Source: Scyliorhinus canicula (lineage: Eukaryota). Taken from it: a stretch of DNA of 64,000 bases. A program made the position numbers and the translations under genes. The notes beneath the pieces are model-generated. The model was given only the letters and a program-made list of their open reading frames with translations. It did not search any database and had not been told where the DNA came from. Below, in pieces: positions 1-11,850 of this stretch. The stretch covers positions 182,102,255 to 182,166,254 of the forward strand of contig NC_052155.1 of NCBI RefSeq assembly GCF_902713615.1, in the 5' to 3' direction. Positions within the stretch are counted from its first letter, which is position 1, and each line of letters starts with the position of its first letter.

Positions 1-60
1 CATCAATGCAAGTTTTGCTTTTCTTACTTTGTAGTGTTAGAGCGGGGAGTCACTGTTGCG

Positions 61-410
61 AGTCCACCCCGCTATCGCTGCCAGCGAGGACGGAGAATCC
101 ACCCCGCTATCGCTGCCATCGAGGGCGGAGAATCCACCCCGCTATCGCTGCCAGCGAGGACGGAGAATCCACCCCGCTATCGCTGCCAGCGAGGACGGAG
201 AATCCACCCCGCTATCGCTGCCAGCGAGGACGGAGAATCCACCCCGCTATCGCTGCCAGCGAGGACGGAGAATCCACCCCGCTATCGCTGCCAGCGAGGA
301 CGGAGAATCCACCCCGCTATCGCTGCCAGCGAGGACGGAGAATCCACCCCGCTATCGCTGCCAGCGAGGACGGAGAATCCACCCCGCTATCGCTGCCAGC
401 GAGGACGGAG
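61..410 (+). repeat. 35-bp minisatellite, 10 tandem copies (AATCCACCCCGCTATCGCTGCCAGCGAGGACGGAG)
   Basis: Units start at 61, 96, 131 ... 376 and are near-identical, with no spacers. This explains the repetitive ORFs 6..467, 34..480 and 56..532. Confidence 0.95.
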
Positions 411-1019
411 AATTTGGCGCTCCGTTCGCTGGTGGTGGAACTCTCTACACCTGCCCCTTGTCAATAGGATTTCCTGTTGAAACCACCCTCGTCGCTGAGA
501 AACCCATGGGTGGGGGTGAGCTGCTGATGTGATCAAACAATCCCCCCACTAGCGGACGGCCAGAGGATTCCTGCCTAGGCCTCAATGATTATTAATAACA
601 CTGCTGCGTGGATTATTCAAAGAAGTGAATAGACTTTTACGGGGTGATATGGTGCAGCATAGAAGCTCAGAGCCAACCACCCCCCCCCCCCCCCCCAAAC
701 ACCCATCCCCCATCCCCCACCCCCGTCCCCCACCTCTCTCCCCTGATGAATTCCCAATCATGGTTTCGGGACTAGTGGAACCACAGGAAAGGAGTCAAGT
801 GCTTCCCTCCAATGAAGAATGGAGAATCAAAGAGTGAGTTCCTCTCGATCCCTCTTGTGCATTTTCAGTGAGTTAGTTCCAGGGTGACATGAGGAGGAGA
901 TCTTATTCCTAAAGATAGATTGTCTCCATATCATGTTGCTCAAGAAACAGGCGGTGGCAAGGAGGAATATAAAGGAGAACAAACTTCCTTCAAAATCGAA
1001 AGAAAGGAAGAATACAATA

Positions 1020-1212
1020 GGGGCTGGTTTAGCTCACTGGGCTAAATCGCTGGCTTTTAAAGCAGACCAAGCAGGCCAGCAGCACGGTTCGATTCCCGTA
1101 CTAGCCTCCCCGGACAGGCGCCGGAATGTGGCGACTAGGGGCTTTTCACAGTAACTTAATTGAAGCCTACTCGTGACAATAAGCGATTTTTCATTTTTCA
1201 TTTTTCATTTCA
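1020..1212 (+). mobile_element. tRNA-derived SINE (GGGCTGGTTTAGC-headed family)
   Basis: A/B-box-like head (GGTTCGATTCCC), tail ACAGGCGCCGGAATGTGGCGACTAGGGG..., (TTTTCA)n end. Other copies lie at 30582-30775 and 44810-44980. Confidence 0.85.
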
Positions 1213-1487
1213 ATAAGCTTTCAAATAATGTATCAGCGGAAGTCATAATTAGTTTCAGATATAACTGGACCTCCACTGTTTCAGTTCGGGAGTGTTGATG
1301 CTATTATGTGATTTTGACGGCTTTGTATAAACTTTGGGGCTGCACTAAATAGTTCCATAGAGTCACTGCCAACAGTTTCTACAATCAGTGGATTCTGCAT
1401 CCCTTTTGGCCAGGAATCTACCTTCAGTGTAAGTTCAAAAAGTTGATGATCTATTTACTCCAGGGTATCTGCATTTTTCATAAGTGT

Positions 1488-1965
1488 ATTCACAGAATCA
1501 CAGAATGGATGCGGTGCAGACGGAGGCCATTCGGCCCACTGTGTCTGCACCAGCCCTCCAAACAGGCATCATGACTTAGTGCCATTCCCCTGCCTGTTAC
1601 CCATAACCCTGCACATTGTTTCCATCCAAATAGTCGTCTAACGCCCTCCTGAATGCCTCGATTGAACCTGCCTCCACCAGACGTCCAGGCAGTGCATTCC
1701 AGGCACGAAACGTTGGTTTTGTACAATCACGTTAGAGTCTTTTGCAAATCACTTTAAATCCGTACACTCTCGCTCTTGATTCTTTTTACGAGTGGGGAGA
1801 GTTTCTCCCGATCTATTCTGTCCAGCCTCCTCATGATTTTGAACCTCTCCATCAAACCCCCTCTTAAGTCTTATTCTCTCCAAGGAGAACAGTCCCAACC
1901 TCTCCAATCTGTCCTCATAGCTGAAGTTTCTCATTGCTGGAACCATTCTTGTCAGATTCCCAATC
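1488..1965 (-). mobile_element. CR1/HER1-type LINE 3' fragment
   Basis: ORF 1749..2006 contains [16 protein letters not shown], the CR1 ORF2 C-terminus; 3' UTR GGGCCGAATGGCCTCC. Confidence 0.85.
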
Positions 1966-2113
1966 GTAACAAAAGATGTAGCGGTGACATTTTTTTTCAA
2001 TTCCATGATGTGTTTACAATTTACAGCTGTCTCTGGCTAAAACCTTCCAATTTCCCAGTAATTTCATATTACTATGAATAGCTCAGTGCACTGTTCGCAA
2101 AATATCGCTCAGC

Positions 2114-2401
2114 GGCAGCACGGTGGCACAGTGGTTAGCACTGTTGATAACAGCGCCAGGGTCCCGGGTTCGATTCCCGACTTGGGTCACTGTCTGTGTG
2201 GAGTCTGCACGTTTTCCCCGTGTCTGCGTGGGTTTTCTCGGATACTCCGGTGTCCTGAAACACGTGCTTGTTAGGTGAATTGGACATTCTGAATTCACCC
2301 TCAGTGGACCCGAACAGGCGCTGGAGTGTGGCGACGAGGGCTTTTCACATTAACTTCATTGCAGTGTGAATGTGAGCCTACTTGTGACAATAAAGATTAT
2401 A
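2114..2401 (+). mobile_element. HE1-type V-SINE head/core with alternative (GTGGCGACTAGGGG) tail
   Basis: GGCAGCACGGTGGCACAGTGGTTAGC head, GGTTCGATTCCC B box, V core. Confidence 0.85.
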
Positions 2402-2469
2402 AATTTTAAAAAAGCAAGTCTTAGGTCTCGAATAACCTTAACTGTGTAACCACTTGATTGACACTTCAC

Positions 2470-2820
2470 CCACAGGCCTGAACACCTCCACATCATGTGG
2501 CTCCAGGTCTGTACTATGGACAAGATGCACAACAGCAACTTACCGAGCCTCCTGCACCAGCACTTCTGAAACAAACGGCCTCCATCGCCCGGAAACACCA
2601 AATACCCTCCAAGTCACACCCATCCTGACTTGGACTTTTATCACTGTTCCTTCATTGGCACTGAGTTAAAGTCCTGGGAATCTCCCCCGAACAGCACTGT
2701 GGGTGGGCCCACGTGAACTGCATCAGTTCAAGTATCAGATTTACTGCCACCTGGACAACCAGGGATGGGTAATTAATGTCGGCCTACCAGTAACGTCCAC
2801 ATCTTAATTTTGAATAAAAC
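2470..2820 (+). mobile_element. Decayed CR1-group LINE 3' end
   Basis: Similar to the copies at 11160-11850 and 48640-49495 (AACAGCACTGTGGGTG ... GGGATGGG ... CCACATC). Confidence 0.65.
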
Positions 2821-3409
2821 ACAAACTATGCAGCCTAATCAATCCTTCTTTTGTTTCACATGCCATTTGTTTGGTTACGTAGCCTAACATTCTATTTATT
2901 GCTGCTTTCCTAGGACTAATTAATTTGCCTTTAATTCGCCGACAATAATTCCTTCAACTATTGCTCATTATTCGTTTCCACTCCGATCCAAGCACAGGAA
3001 TGGCAATAGGAACATTGCCTCAGGATGCTCAGATTTACCGGGGATATACCTGAGAAGCTGTGCCATTTGCTTCAAAAAAAAAACGTGCAGGAAGCTTGGA
3101 ACATAGGGACGAGACTGCCAGCATCCATTTAACTGTCCCAAAGTTCCTCAACGTTAATGCCGCCAGCATTTCTAGGGTAGCAGAGAGGGACATCAGCCAA
3201 GTTGGATCAGAGAAGGCGATGGAGGTTAACTTGCAGAGGCCTGTATTTTCATTCCCTTTGCTATTGAACAACGACAGTCACACACAGAACTCCTCAATGT
3301 CATCAGTCTGCTGGGTTTCCAACACTTCAGAGGGAAATGGGTGATATCCGTATATTCGTCCAAACAAATAAATTTAAAACAAAACACTGTGAACGCTGGA
3401 GGTCGGAAA

Positions 3410-3747
3410 TCATAGATCATAGAATCTACAGTGCAGATGGAGGCTATTCGGCCCATCGAGTCTGCACCGGCTCTTTGAAAGAGCACCCTATCCAAGGTCA
3501 ACACCTCCACCCTATCCTCATAACCCAGTAACCCCACCCAACACTAACGGCAATTTTGGACACTAAGGGCAATTTATCATGTCCAATCCACCTAACTTTC
3601 ACATCTTTGGACTGTGGGAGGAAACCCACGCACACACACGGGGAGGATGTGCAGACTCCACACAGACAGTCACCCAAAGCCAGAATCGAACCTGGGACCC
3701 TGGAGCTGTGAAGCGATTGTGCTATCCACAATGCTACCGTGCTGCCC
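3410..3747 (-). mobile_element. HE1 SINE
   Basis: Full head, V core and HER1-like tail on the minus strand. Confidence 0.9.
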
Positions 3748-3761
3748 ACATAAATTAAAGC

Positions 3762-3960
3762 AGAAAGCGTTGGGAAGAGACCTAGCAGGTCTGGCCGCAT
3801 CTGTGGTGCGAGAAACAGAGTTAATGTTTTGAGTCCAATATAATTCTTCTTCAGGACTGGACCTCGGAGTTCCAAGGAAGACTATATTGGGCTCGGAATG
3901 TTAACTCTGTTTCTCTCTGCACAGAGTTGCTGTGTTTTTTTTCTGCACTTTCTGCTTTCA
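3762..3960. mobile_element. Decayed Penelope-type palindromic repeat
   Basis: Inverted arms (GAGAAACAGAGTTAA ... TTAACTCTGTTTCTC). Same family as 55027-55155 and 33535-33635. Confidence 0.6.
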
Positions 3961-4654
3961 TTCATCCAAACACCTATCTTCAGCCCAAACCTATGTTGAA
4001 TCCCAACCCCTAGGCACAACACGCTGGCCAAAAGAACAGGAAAGGATTCGAGCTATCAATATATAACTGATCGATAATAGCCAATACTGTTTTGTGCTCT
4101 CTTCCCAGACCACAGTCACATTGCCTTAATTTTTCATCAATCATCAATGTCAAGCTAATTTGAAGGTGAAGGCAGATTGGATAGATAATGACGCTGCTGA
4201 GGCAGCCACGAGAGCAGGAAGCATACAGGTACAACAAGACTCACAGGATTGTAATCATTTGTACCTTGATCATAAGTGTCTTGAAACAGCATTTCATAGA
4301 TTTGAGAAGTTCAGTGATAATCAGAAGTACATTGCACAAGTTCACTCTCTCCTCCCGCAAGTTCTAATGAGTTACTGTAGACAGTTGAAATATCTTTCAT
4401 CTCCTGCGACTGCCTTAGTACTAACATAAGGAATTGGAAGAGTTAGATGTCAAGGATCCGATAGGGGCTTCCTGGGTTAGATTATCCCCCTTGCCTTTTT
4501 CCCTGAAGGTGTTTAGTGTCAAAATTGTTTTCATCTTCAAGACAGGTGGAGTGTATTCATTTTTAATATCTGGTCATAAAGGGGGCACTCTCTCTCGCAT
4601 TGATAAAAACACAATTTTTTTAAAAATGTTTTGTTTAAATAAGACAATCTACAG

Positions 4655-5057
4655 CAGTGTTTTTCAAACTTTTTTTCCGGGGACCCACTTTTACCAACCG
4701 GCTGACCTTTGCGGCCCACGCCGGCCGACCTTTGCGGTCCACGCCGGCCGTCCTTCGCGACCCACCATTTTCTCTTACCTTGTTTGTTGCTGACAAAAAT
4801 GGAGAAAATGGTTTCGGGTCCCTTTGGCCCCAACGGTCCCTTTGTCAGGCACGCATGCGCAGTGCGGCCAAATTTATTTTATCTGTTCTTGGCCATTTTG
4901 AAGGCCGCTTGCAGCCGGCATTATTAAAAGCCGGCTGCTGCGGCTGTTGCCCGCGGATTTGCGCGATCGGGAGTGCCGCGACGGATGGCTCCGCGACCCT
5001 CATGACTCCTGCCTGCGACTCACCCGCAGGTCGCGCCCCCTAGTTTGACAATGCCTG
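4655..5057. mobile_element. hAT (Charlie-like) MITE
   Basis: TIRs CAGTGTTTTTCAAACT / AGTTTGACAATGCCTG; imperfect 8-bp TSD ATCTACAG/ATCGATAG; internal ~23-bp repeats at ~4700-4765. Confidence 0.75.
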
Positions 5058-5059
5058 AT

Positions 5060-5390
5060 CGATAGAATCCCTACAGTGCAGAAGGAGGCTATTTGGCCAT
5101 CCAGTCTGCACTGCCCAAGAGCACCCTATCGAGGCCCACTTCCCCGCCCTATCCCCATAACCCTGTAACCTCGTCTAACGTTTGGACACCGAGGGAAATT
5201 TTAGCACGGCCAATCCACCTAATCTGCACATCTTTGGACTGTGGGAGGAAACGGGAGCACCCGGAGGAAACCCACGCAGACACAGGGCGAACGTGCAAAC
5301 TCCACACAGACAGTTACCCAAGGCTGGAATCAAACCGGGGACCCGGCGCTGTGAGGCAGCAGTGCTAACCGCTGTGCCACCATTCCGCCC
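5060..5390 (-). mobile_element. HE1 SINE
   Basis: Head, V core and tail on the minus strand. Confidence 0.88.
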
Positions 5391-6466
5391 CAATCCATGA
5401 CCTGTGAGGAACATTTTAATACATTGTGTCTGCATCTTCTCATTTAAACAATCAGCAAGGCAGTCTTTCCATTGAAATACTGACGCATCAAACTAACTTG
5501 AGTCAGTTCTATTTCTTGACTACTTAACACCGTGAATGACTGCAGTGACTTAATCTTGACCTTTTTATTAGGCTGTTTATGTCAGTCGAAAATGCAGTAA
5601 TGAGTACTTTTGTGAAATTAGTGACATTTAAAGGGTGCACGGCCTTCATGAAACATATTTTTACTCAGGGGACAAGAAGCCAGATTAAAGCACGATATCG
5701 AATGAGTGGGTTACAGTGTGAAACAACTAGATAAGGTAATTTTATGGGAATATATCATGATCTGCCCAAGGAAGTGTCACACCATGGTAACGTCTGGTTA
5801 CAAAATGACAGTTGGCAATGCAGTTGCATCATCGTGCATTTGAAAACGATCAAGAGATTTACCAAGTATTTTTTTTCTCTCGGATAACACCGTCTCTTAA
5901 AGATCCAGCTGAATTTAGTCATCAACTCACCTGCGAATAACATGCTTTGCGCTCTGTGGGATGGAGTGAATTTCTTGCCCGTCAAAAAGCGTTTGTGGTG
6001 GTCAAACCCATGTGCAGAGGGGTGCAATGCCACGAAAATTAAGACAAGCAATAAAATCTGGTAGAAACTGCAACAGCGGAGCTATCAGATCAAGTACTCA
6101 TTACAGTGCAAGAGTCCTTCCTGTTTATTTTCCTTGTTCCCATTTCTTTTATTTTATTATTTCTGGTTTGTGGACCCATAATTGGATGTGCCACTAAGCT
6201 GAAGCTGCCTGCTTACCAGGGCACTGTGTTCCCAGGTTTGTGTTTTCAGAAGGAGAAGCCAGACTCCTCGGTACCGAGTGGATCTTAGGAACCAGCTTTG
6301 GAGAGAGTCGGTTCAGTTGGCCAGGGATAGTGTTCTGCCTGATAATGGTCAGTGATTAGTTCCTGCGAGATGCTTTCTGGGAGAACTGGGCAGAAATGTT
6401 TAGACCTTGGAAATAAAAGGAACGCTCTCTCTCCTGCTTGCTGAAGTGAAAGAACTGAAGTGAAAG

Positions 6467-7510
6467 AGGGTGGCACAGTGACACAGTGGTTAGCACTGCT
6501 GCCACAGAACACCAGGGGCGAAATTCTCCCAAAACGGGAAAAATCGTCAAACCGCCGTAAAACCCGGGTGGGTTTTACGGCATCGCGCCCCTTCCCGACG
6601 GGGGACCGATTCTGGTCCCCCGTCGGGGCTAGCAGCCCGACGTCGGAGGCCCCGACAAGTCGGGCTTAACGAAAATCGTTAAACCCGCTTGTCGGACTTA
6701 GCGCCGGCTGACGCGTCATATGACGTCAGCCGCGCATGCGCAGGTGGGAAGACGCCACCCGCGCATGCGCGGGTGACGTCATCGCGTTTTTGCGCGAAAC
6801 CCGCGCATGCGCGGTCCGGGTTGCCCCTCAGCCGCCCCGCGTATTGATACTGCGGGGCGGCGGAAGGACAAATAGTGCGCGGGCATCGGGCCCGCTGCCC
6901 GCGATCGGTGGGCACCGATCGCGGGCCCATGGCACCCTTGGCACGGCCGTGGTACTGCCGTGCCAATCGGTGCCATGGTTATTTTTTTCCAGGTGGTCAC
7001 GACGTTTTTACGAACGGCAGGACCAGGTGTGTTTGCCGTTCGTAAAAAGGTCGTAAAGGGCTGGGACTTCGGCCCTTCTAACAGCTGTGAATCGCTGCCG
7101 GCCGTAAAAAAACGGCGGCAGCGATTCGTGTCGGGATTTCGGCGGGGGGGTGGGAGAATAGCGGGAGGGCGTCAAAAAAGTCGGGAAGGCCCTCCCGCTA
7201 TTCTCCCACCCGTCGTGGGGGGCGGAGAATTTCGCCCCAGGGACCTGGGGTCAATTCTGGCCTTGGGTGACTGTGTATGAGGGGTTTGCACGTTCTCCCC
7301 CAGTCTGTGTGGGTTTCCTCCGGGTGCTCCGGTTTCCTCCCACAGTCCAAAGACGTGCAGGTTAGGTGGATTGACCATGCTAAATTGCCACTTAGTGTCC
7401 AAATATATGCAGGTTTGGTGGGTTATGGGGTTACGGGATAGGGCGCGAAAGTGAATCTAGGGATGGTGCTCTTTCAGCAGATCAGTGCAGACTCGATGGG
7501 CTGAATGGCG
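6467..7510 (+). mobile_element. HE1 SINE split by a Harbinger MITE
   Basis: The SINE head (6467-6515) resumes at 7238 (CAGGGACCTGGG...). Confidence 0.85.
6516..7237 (+). mobile_element. PIF/Harbinger non-autonomous element
   Basis: 14-bp perfect TIR GGGCGAAATTCTCC/GGAGAATTTCGCCC; 3-bp TSD CAG (6513-6515, 7238-7240); inverted paralog at 45271-45997. Confidence 0.9.
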
Positions 7511-8082
7511 CCAGGGAGATCTCCCAGGTTATTGTAAGCCGGGCTGGTCGGGCTCTGGGAAAGGTATGTGGACCAGGTGTAACAGCACCAGGGATGTCAC
7601 TCGGGCACCTTGGAAATATCAGGCTGGCTGGGGCCCTGCTAGGTGCCAGGCTGGCAATGCTAAGGTGCCCGGGTGCCAGATTGCCCCCTGCCAAGGACTG
7701 TGCCCGGAGGGGGTGCCCTGCCCTTATGAGGTAGAGTGACGGGTGGGGGTTAGAGGACCCCCTAACAGGTGAGTTGGGTGTGGGGGGGGGGGGGGGGGGG
7801 GGGGTCTGGAGGTCATGGTGGGGAGTCCGAGGGGGAGGGTCGAGAGATCAGGACGGTATTTACAAATGGAACCCAATCTCTTCCTGCACTGACAAGCTCT
7901 GGAAATGAGATAACTGTGACTTTGGCAGGACGTTCCCCGTCGAGGCCAAAAAGAAGAGTCCTGTTTGATGGCGGGGTTATTCTTGGCATTGCAAGGTGCT
8001 GAGAAACACCCTGTTATCTGAGTCCAAAACAAGTCTGTACCTTGGGCATCAAATCGCACCCACTGATTGGAGGTCTCCCAGC
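7505..8082. mobile_element. Truncated Harbinger-like non-autonomous element
   Basis: Related, in inverted orientation, to 32735-33535; ends in AAATCGCACCC, a TIR-like sequence. Confidence 0.55.
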
Positions 8083-8476
8083 ACGTCAACGATCCTTATC
8101 CTTAATATTTTCTTTCCCTTTCCACCACTCTGCGTTGTTTGTCTGTTTGTGTGTGTGCATCTGTGTAGGTGTGGAGAGGGGGGCAAGTTAGAAAGGGGGG
8201 CGGTTGGGAAAGGGATATTAGACGGTCAGTTACATTTTCTCCCTATTCAATTATAATACTGTACACAACAGAAGGTTACTTGTGTTAAAGTTACAAACCT
8301 GGTGACTGTAGTTTAGCGGGGTTCAACCAAGGACCTCTGGTATTTTAAATGAAATCTAACTTCACCGTTGTCCTGACTCCAGTTCAAATGGGACTGGAAT
8401 TGACCATGCACCAACCCAGGGTGTCCACGGCTATATTTCACCTGCCCGGCGTAAAATAATCTGGCTGCTGGCAAAA

Positions 8477-8736
8477 TAATATTAATCTTTATTATTGTCA
8501 CGAGTAGGCTTACATTAACACTGCAATGAAGTTACTGTGAAAATTCCCTAGTCGCCACATTCCGGCGCCTGTTCGGGTACACTGAGGGAGAATTCAGAAT
8601 GTCCAATTCCCCTAGCAGCACGTCTTTCGGGACTTGTGGGCGGAAACCGGAGCACCCGGAGGAAACCCACACAGACACGGGGAGAACATGCAGACTCTGC
8701 ACAGACAGTGACCCAAGCCAGGAATTGAACCCGGGA
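8477..8736 (-). mobile_element. V-SINE with alternative tail (5'-truncated)
   Basis: V core plus GTGGCGACTAGGG tail on the minus strand. Confidence 0.85.
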
Positions 8737-9069
8737 CATAGACATAGAACAGTACAGCACAGAACAGGCCCTTCGGCCCTCAATGTTGTGCCGAGCCATG
8801 ATCACCCTACTCAAACCCACGTATCCACCCTATACCCGTAACCCAACAATCCCCCCTTAACCTTACTATTAGGACACTACGGGCAATTTATCATGGCCAA
8901 TCCACCTAACCTGCACATCTTTGGACTGTGGGAGGAAACCGGAGCACCCGGAGGAAACCCACGCACACACAGGGAGGATGTGCAGACTCCACACAGACAG
9001 TGACCAAGCCGGGAATCGAACCTGGGACCCTGGCACTGTGAAGCAATTGTGCTAACCACTGTGCTACCG
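8737..9069 (-). mobile_element. HE1 SINE variant (GGCCGAAGGGCCTGTTCTGTGCTG tail)
   Basis: Same subfamily as 18842-19191. Confidence 0.88.
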
Positions 9070-9194
9070 ATAGACACACTCACTGTGCACAGTCTATTTG
9101 GAATCAGATATTTTTACTGTGACTAAATAATTTGTCATTTTGTTTTCTCGGTCTATTTCATTGATGTCATCTCTACTGCTCCAGATTAAATTAC

Positions 9195-10070
9195 TATTGG
9201 ATTGGATTGGATTGGATTTGTTTATTGTCACGTGTACCAAGGTACAGTGAAAAGTATTTTTCTGCAAGCAGCTCAACAGATCATTAAGTACATGAGAAGA
9301 AAACGGAATAAAAGAAAATACATAATAGGGCAACACAAGTTATACAATGTAACTACATAAGCACTGGCATTGGATGAAGCAGACAGGGTGTAGTGTTTAT
9401 GAGGTTGGTCCATAAGAGGGTCATTTAAGAGTCTGGTAAGAGCGGGGAAGAAGCTGTTTTTGAGTCTGTTTGTGCGTGTTCTCAGACTTCTGTATCTCCT
9501 GCCCGATGGAAGAAGTTGGAAGAGTGAGTAAGCAGGGTGGGAGGGGTCTTTGATTATGCTGCCCGCTTTCCCCAGGCAGCGGGAGGTGTAGATAGAGTCA
9601 ATGGATGGGAGGCTGGTTCGTGTGATGGACTGGGCGGTGTTCACGACTCTCTGAAGTTTCTTGCGGTCCTGGGCCGAGCAGTTGCCATACCAGGCTGTGA
9701 TGCAGCCCAATAGGATGCTTTCTATGGTGCATCTGTAAAAGTTGATAAAGGTTAACGTGGACATGCCGAATTTCCTTAGTTTCCTGAGGAAGTATAGGCG
9801 CTGTTGTGCTGCCTTGGTGGGAGCATCGACGTGAATGGACGAGGACAGATTTTTGGAGATGTGTACCCCTAGGAATTTGAAACTGCTAACCATTTCTACC
9901 TCGGCCCCGTTGATGCTGACAGGGGTGTGTACAATGCTTTGCTTCCTGAAGTCAATGACCAGCTCTTTAGTTTTGCTGGCATTGAGGGAGAGATTATTGT
10001 TGCTGCACCACTCCACTAGGTTCTCTGTCTCCCGCCTTTATTCTGACTCGTCGTTATTCGAGATCCAGCC
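9195..10070 (-). mobile_element. Rex1/Babar-clade LINE 3' fragment
   Basis: RT C-terminal ORF followed by a 3' UTR and a (CCAAT)n terminal microsatellite (ATTGG repeats at ~9195-9217). Confidence 0.88.
9273..10016 (-). pseudogene. Rex1/Babar reverse transcriptase C-terminal ORF (5'-truncated)
   Basis: WCSNNNLSLNASKTKELVIDFRK ... FKFLGVHI ... QRLYFLRKLRKF ... LLPSGRRYRSL ... NSFFP; lacks the endonuclease and RT core. Confidence 0.85.
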
Positions 10071-11019
10071 CTCATACCCGGCCCATATTAATTTCCTCAT
10101 TGCTGCCTATGTATATTTGATAGTTGCTTTTGGCTGCATAACTCCCCCCCCCCCCCCCCCCCCCCCCCCAACTGCACTTCCCAAATAACGGAGTGGCTGT
10201 CAAACATTTCCTACCAAGGAAATGATGAGGTATTATATCATTATGTAGACTTGTTTTTCTCCTCCTTCATGAGGGTCCACTTTACATTTCCACTGGAATC
10301 TTGATCATTAATATCTATGGGCAGCATTTCATATTGTTGGGTGAGAGCCTAAACAAGAATAAGGAACATCAACAACAGTCACTGGATAGTTGTGAGGAAT
10401 TGAAACACTGGCTGATGGTCTTTTCTGTGGTCCTGGATGAAGTCCGATGTTCAACTGTCGCCCAAGGTGGGATGCAGCACAGTCCGGAGTTCCTTCGTAC
10501 AAGGGTGGCTATTCAGCCCGTCCAACCTGCTTCCCATTCAATGAGAACATGGCCGATCAAAATGGGGATTCCTTGTGATCTTTGCGGAGTGGCTTTGTGT
10601 CAGATGTTGAATGCACCAACTAAACCACTACGAGGCCGCTTGGCCAGTTGGCATTGTGTCAAATCAATTCGCAGAAACTCTTCAAACGGAATGCAAGCGC
10701 CTTCTGGGAATTCTTCGAAGGGGGCAGTGCGCCAAAGTGAACTCAAACAGTGCAAAATAAATAGTGTGTTTCTCTACTATTCTTGAAAGGTGTGAACAAA
10801 TAAAATGTTTTGATTTGTCACAACCAACAGGAAGGTGGCTCCAGTGGCCATGGCAGCGAACTCAGCAATTTCCTAAGTGAGGGTTAAGTGATGGAATCCA
10901 TTTGTGATGCCCCAGATGTTATCATCCTCAAAAGGAACGTTCTTCGTCTTCTATCAATGTTCAGAGCCAGTGCTGGGTGGAAAACAATTAAAGCTGATCA
11001 ATATGTAATTTAGGGTGGG

Positions 11020-11155
11020 CGATATCCTTTTAAACTCTCTGTATAAAGATGAATGGGCTGAAGCTTTTTCCTGTGGAAAAGAGAAGGCCAAAGGATGACC
11101 TGATAGAGTCCTGTAAGATTATGAAAAGTTTTGACGGGACAGATGTAGGAAGGTC
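11020..11155 (+). mobile_element. CR1 LINE fragment
   Basis: Degenerate LFSLEKRRLxGDLIExxKIMKxFD coding remnant; continues at ~11860-11965. Confidence 0.6.
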
Positions 11156-11159
11156 CCCT

Positions 11160-11850
11160 CTTACCCTCTGTCACTGGGTCAGAACCCTATAACTCCCTCC
11201 GTAACAGCACTGTTGGTGTATCGATATCAAGGGATGGCAACATTCAAGAAGGCTGCTCACCACCACCTTTTCAAGGGCAACAAATGCTGGCCTAACCAAC
11301 GATGCCCACACCCCAGGAAAGAATAAATAAAAAGAGGCAGGGGTCAGGAATGTGATGGAATACTCCATCAACAATACTCCAACAACGCTCTCGAAGCGCG
11401 ACACCATTCATGAGAAAGCCGCCCGCTTGACAGGCACTTCATTCACCGCATTAAGCATTCACTCCCTCCACTACCACTGCATATTGACAACATTTCGTGC
11501 CATCCACAAGATGCACCACAACAAGTCACCAAGCCTCCCTTGACAACAGCTTCACAACCCGCAACCTCGACCATGTAGAAGAACAAGGATAGCAGAGGCA
11601 TGAAAACACCACCAGCTGCGAGTTCCCCTCAAAGACACACACCATCCTGCCTTGGAACTGCAACCTCATTCCTTCTCCGTAATTGAGTCAAAATTATGGA
11701 ACCTCCCTCCCTAACAGCACTGTGCATGCACCTACATGGCATGGACTGCAGTAGTTCAAGAAGGTGGCTTTTCAAGGACAATTAGGGTTGTGGCAATAAA
11801 TGCTGATCTTGCCATTGATGCTCACATCTTGAGAACACATTTTTAAAAAG
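11160..11850 (+). mobile_element. Two tandem CR1-group LINE 3' fragments
   Basis: VRxVMEYS ... TIxEKAARL remnant and tail AATAAATGCTG ... CCCACATC. Confidence 0.75.

Noticed and set aside
61-410. CRISPR-like array or repetitive protein ORFs
   Set aside because: The units are directly abutting with no unique spacers, there are no cas genes and the context is eukaryotic. The frames are open only because the unit lacks stop codons.
3035-3344. Possible host exon(s), also 4160-4429, 10301-10786, 12714-13061, 53781-54182 and 63138-63599
   Set aside because: No recognisable protein similarity and no convincing paired splice sites.
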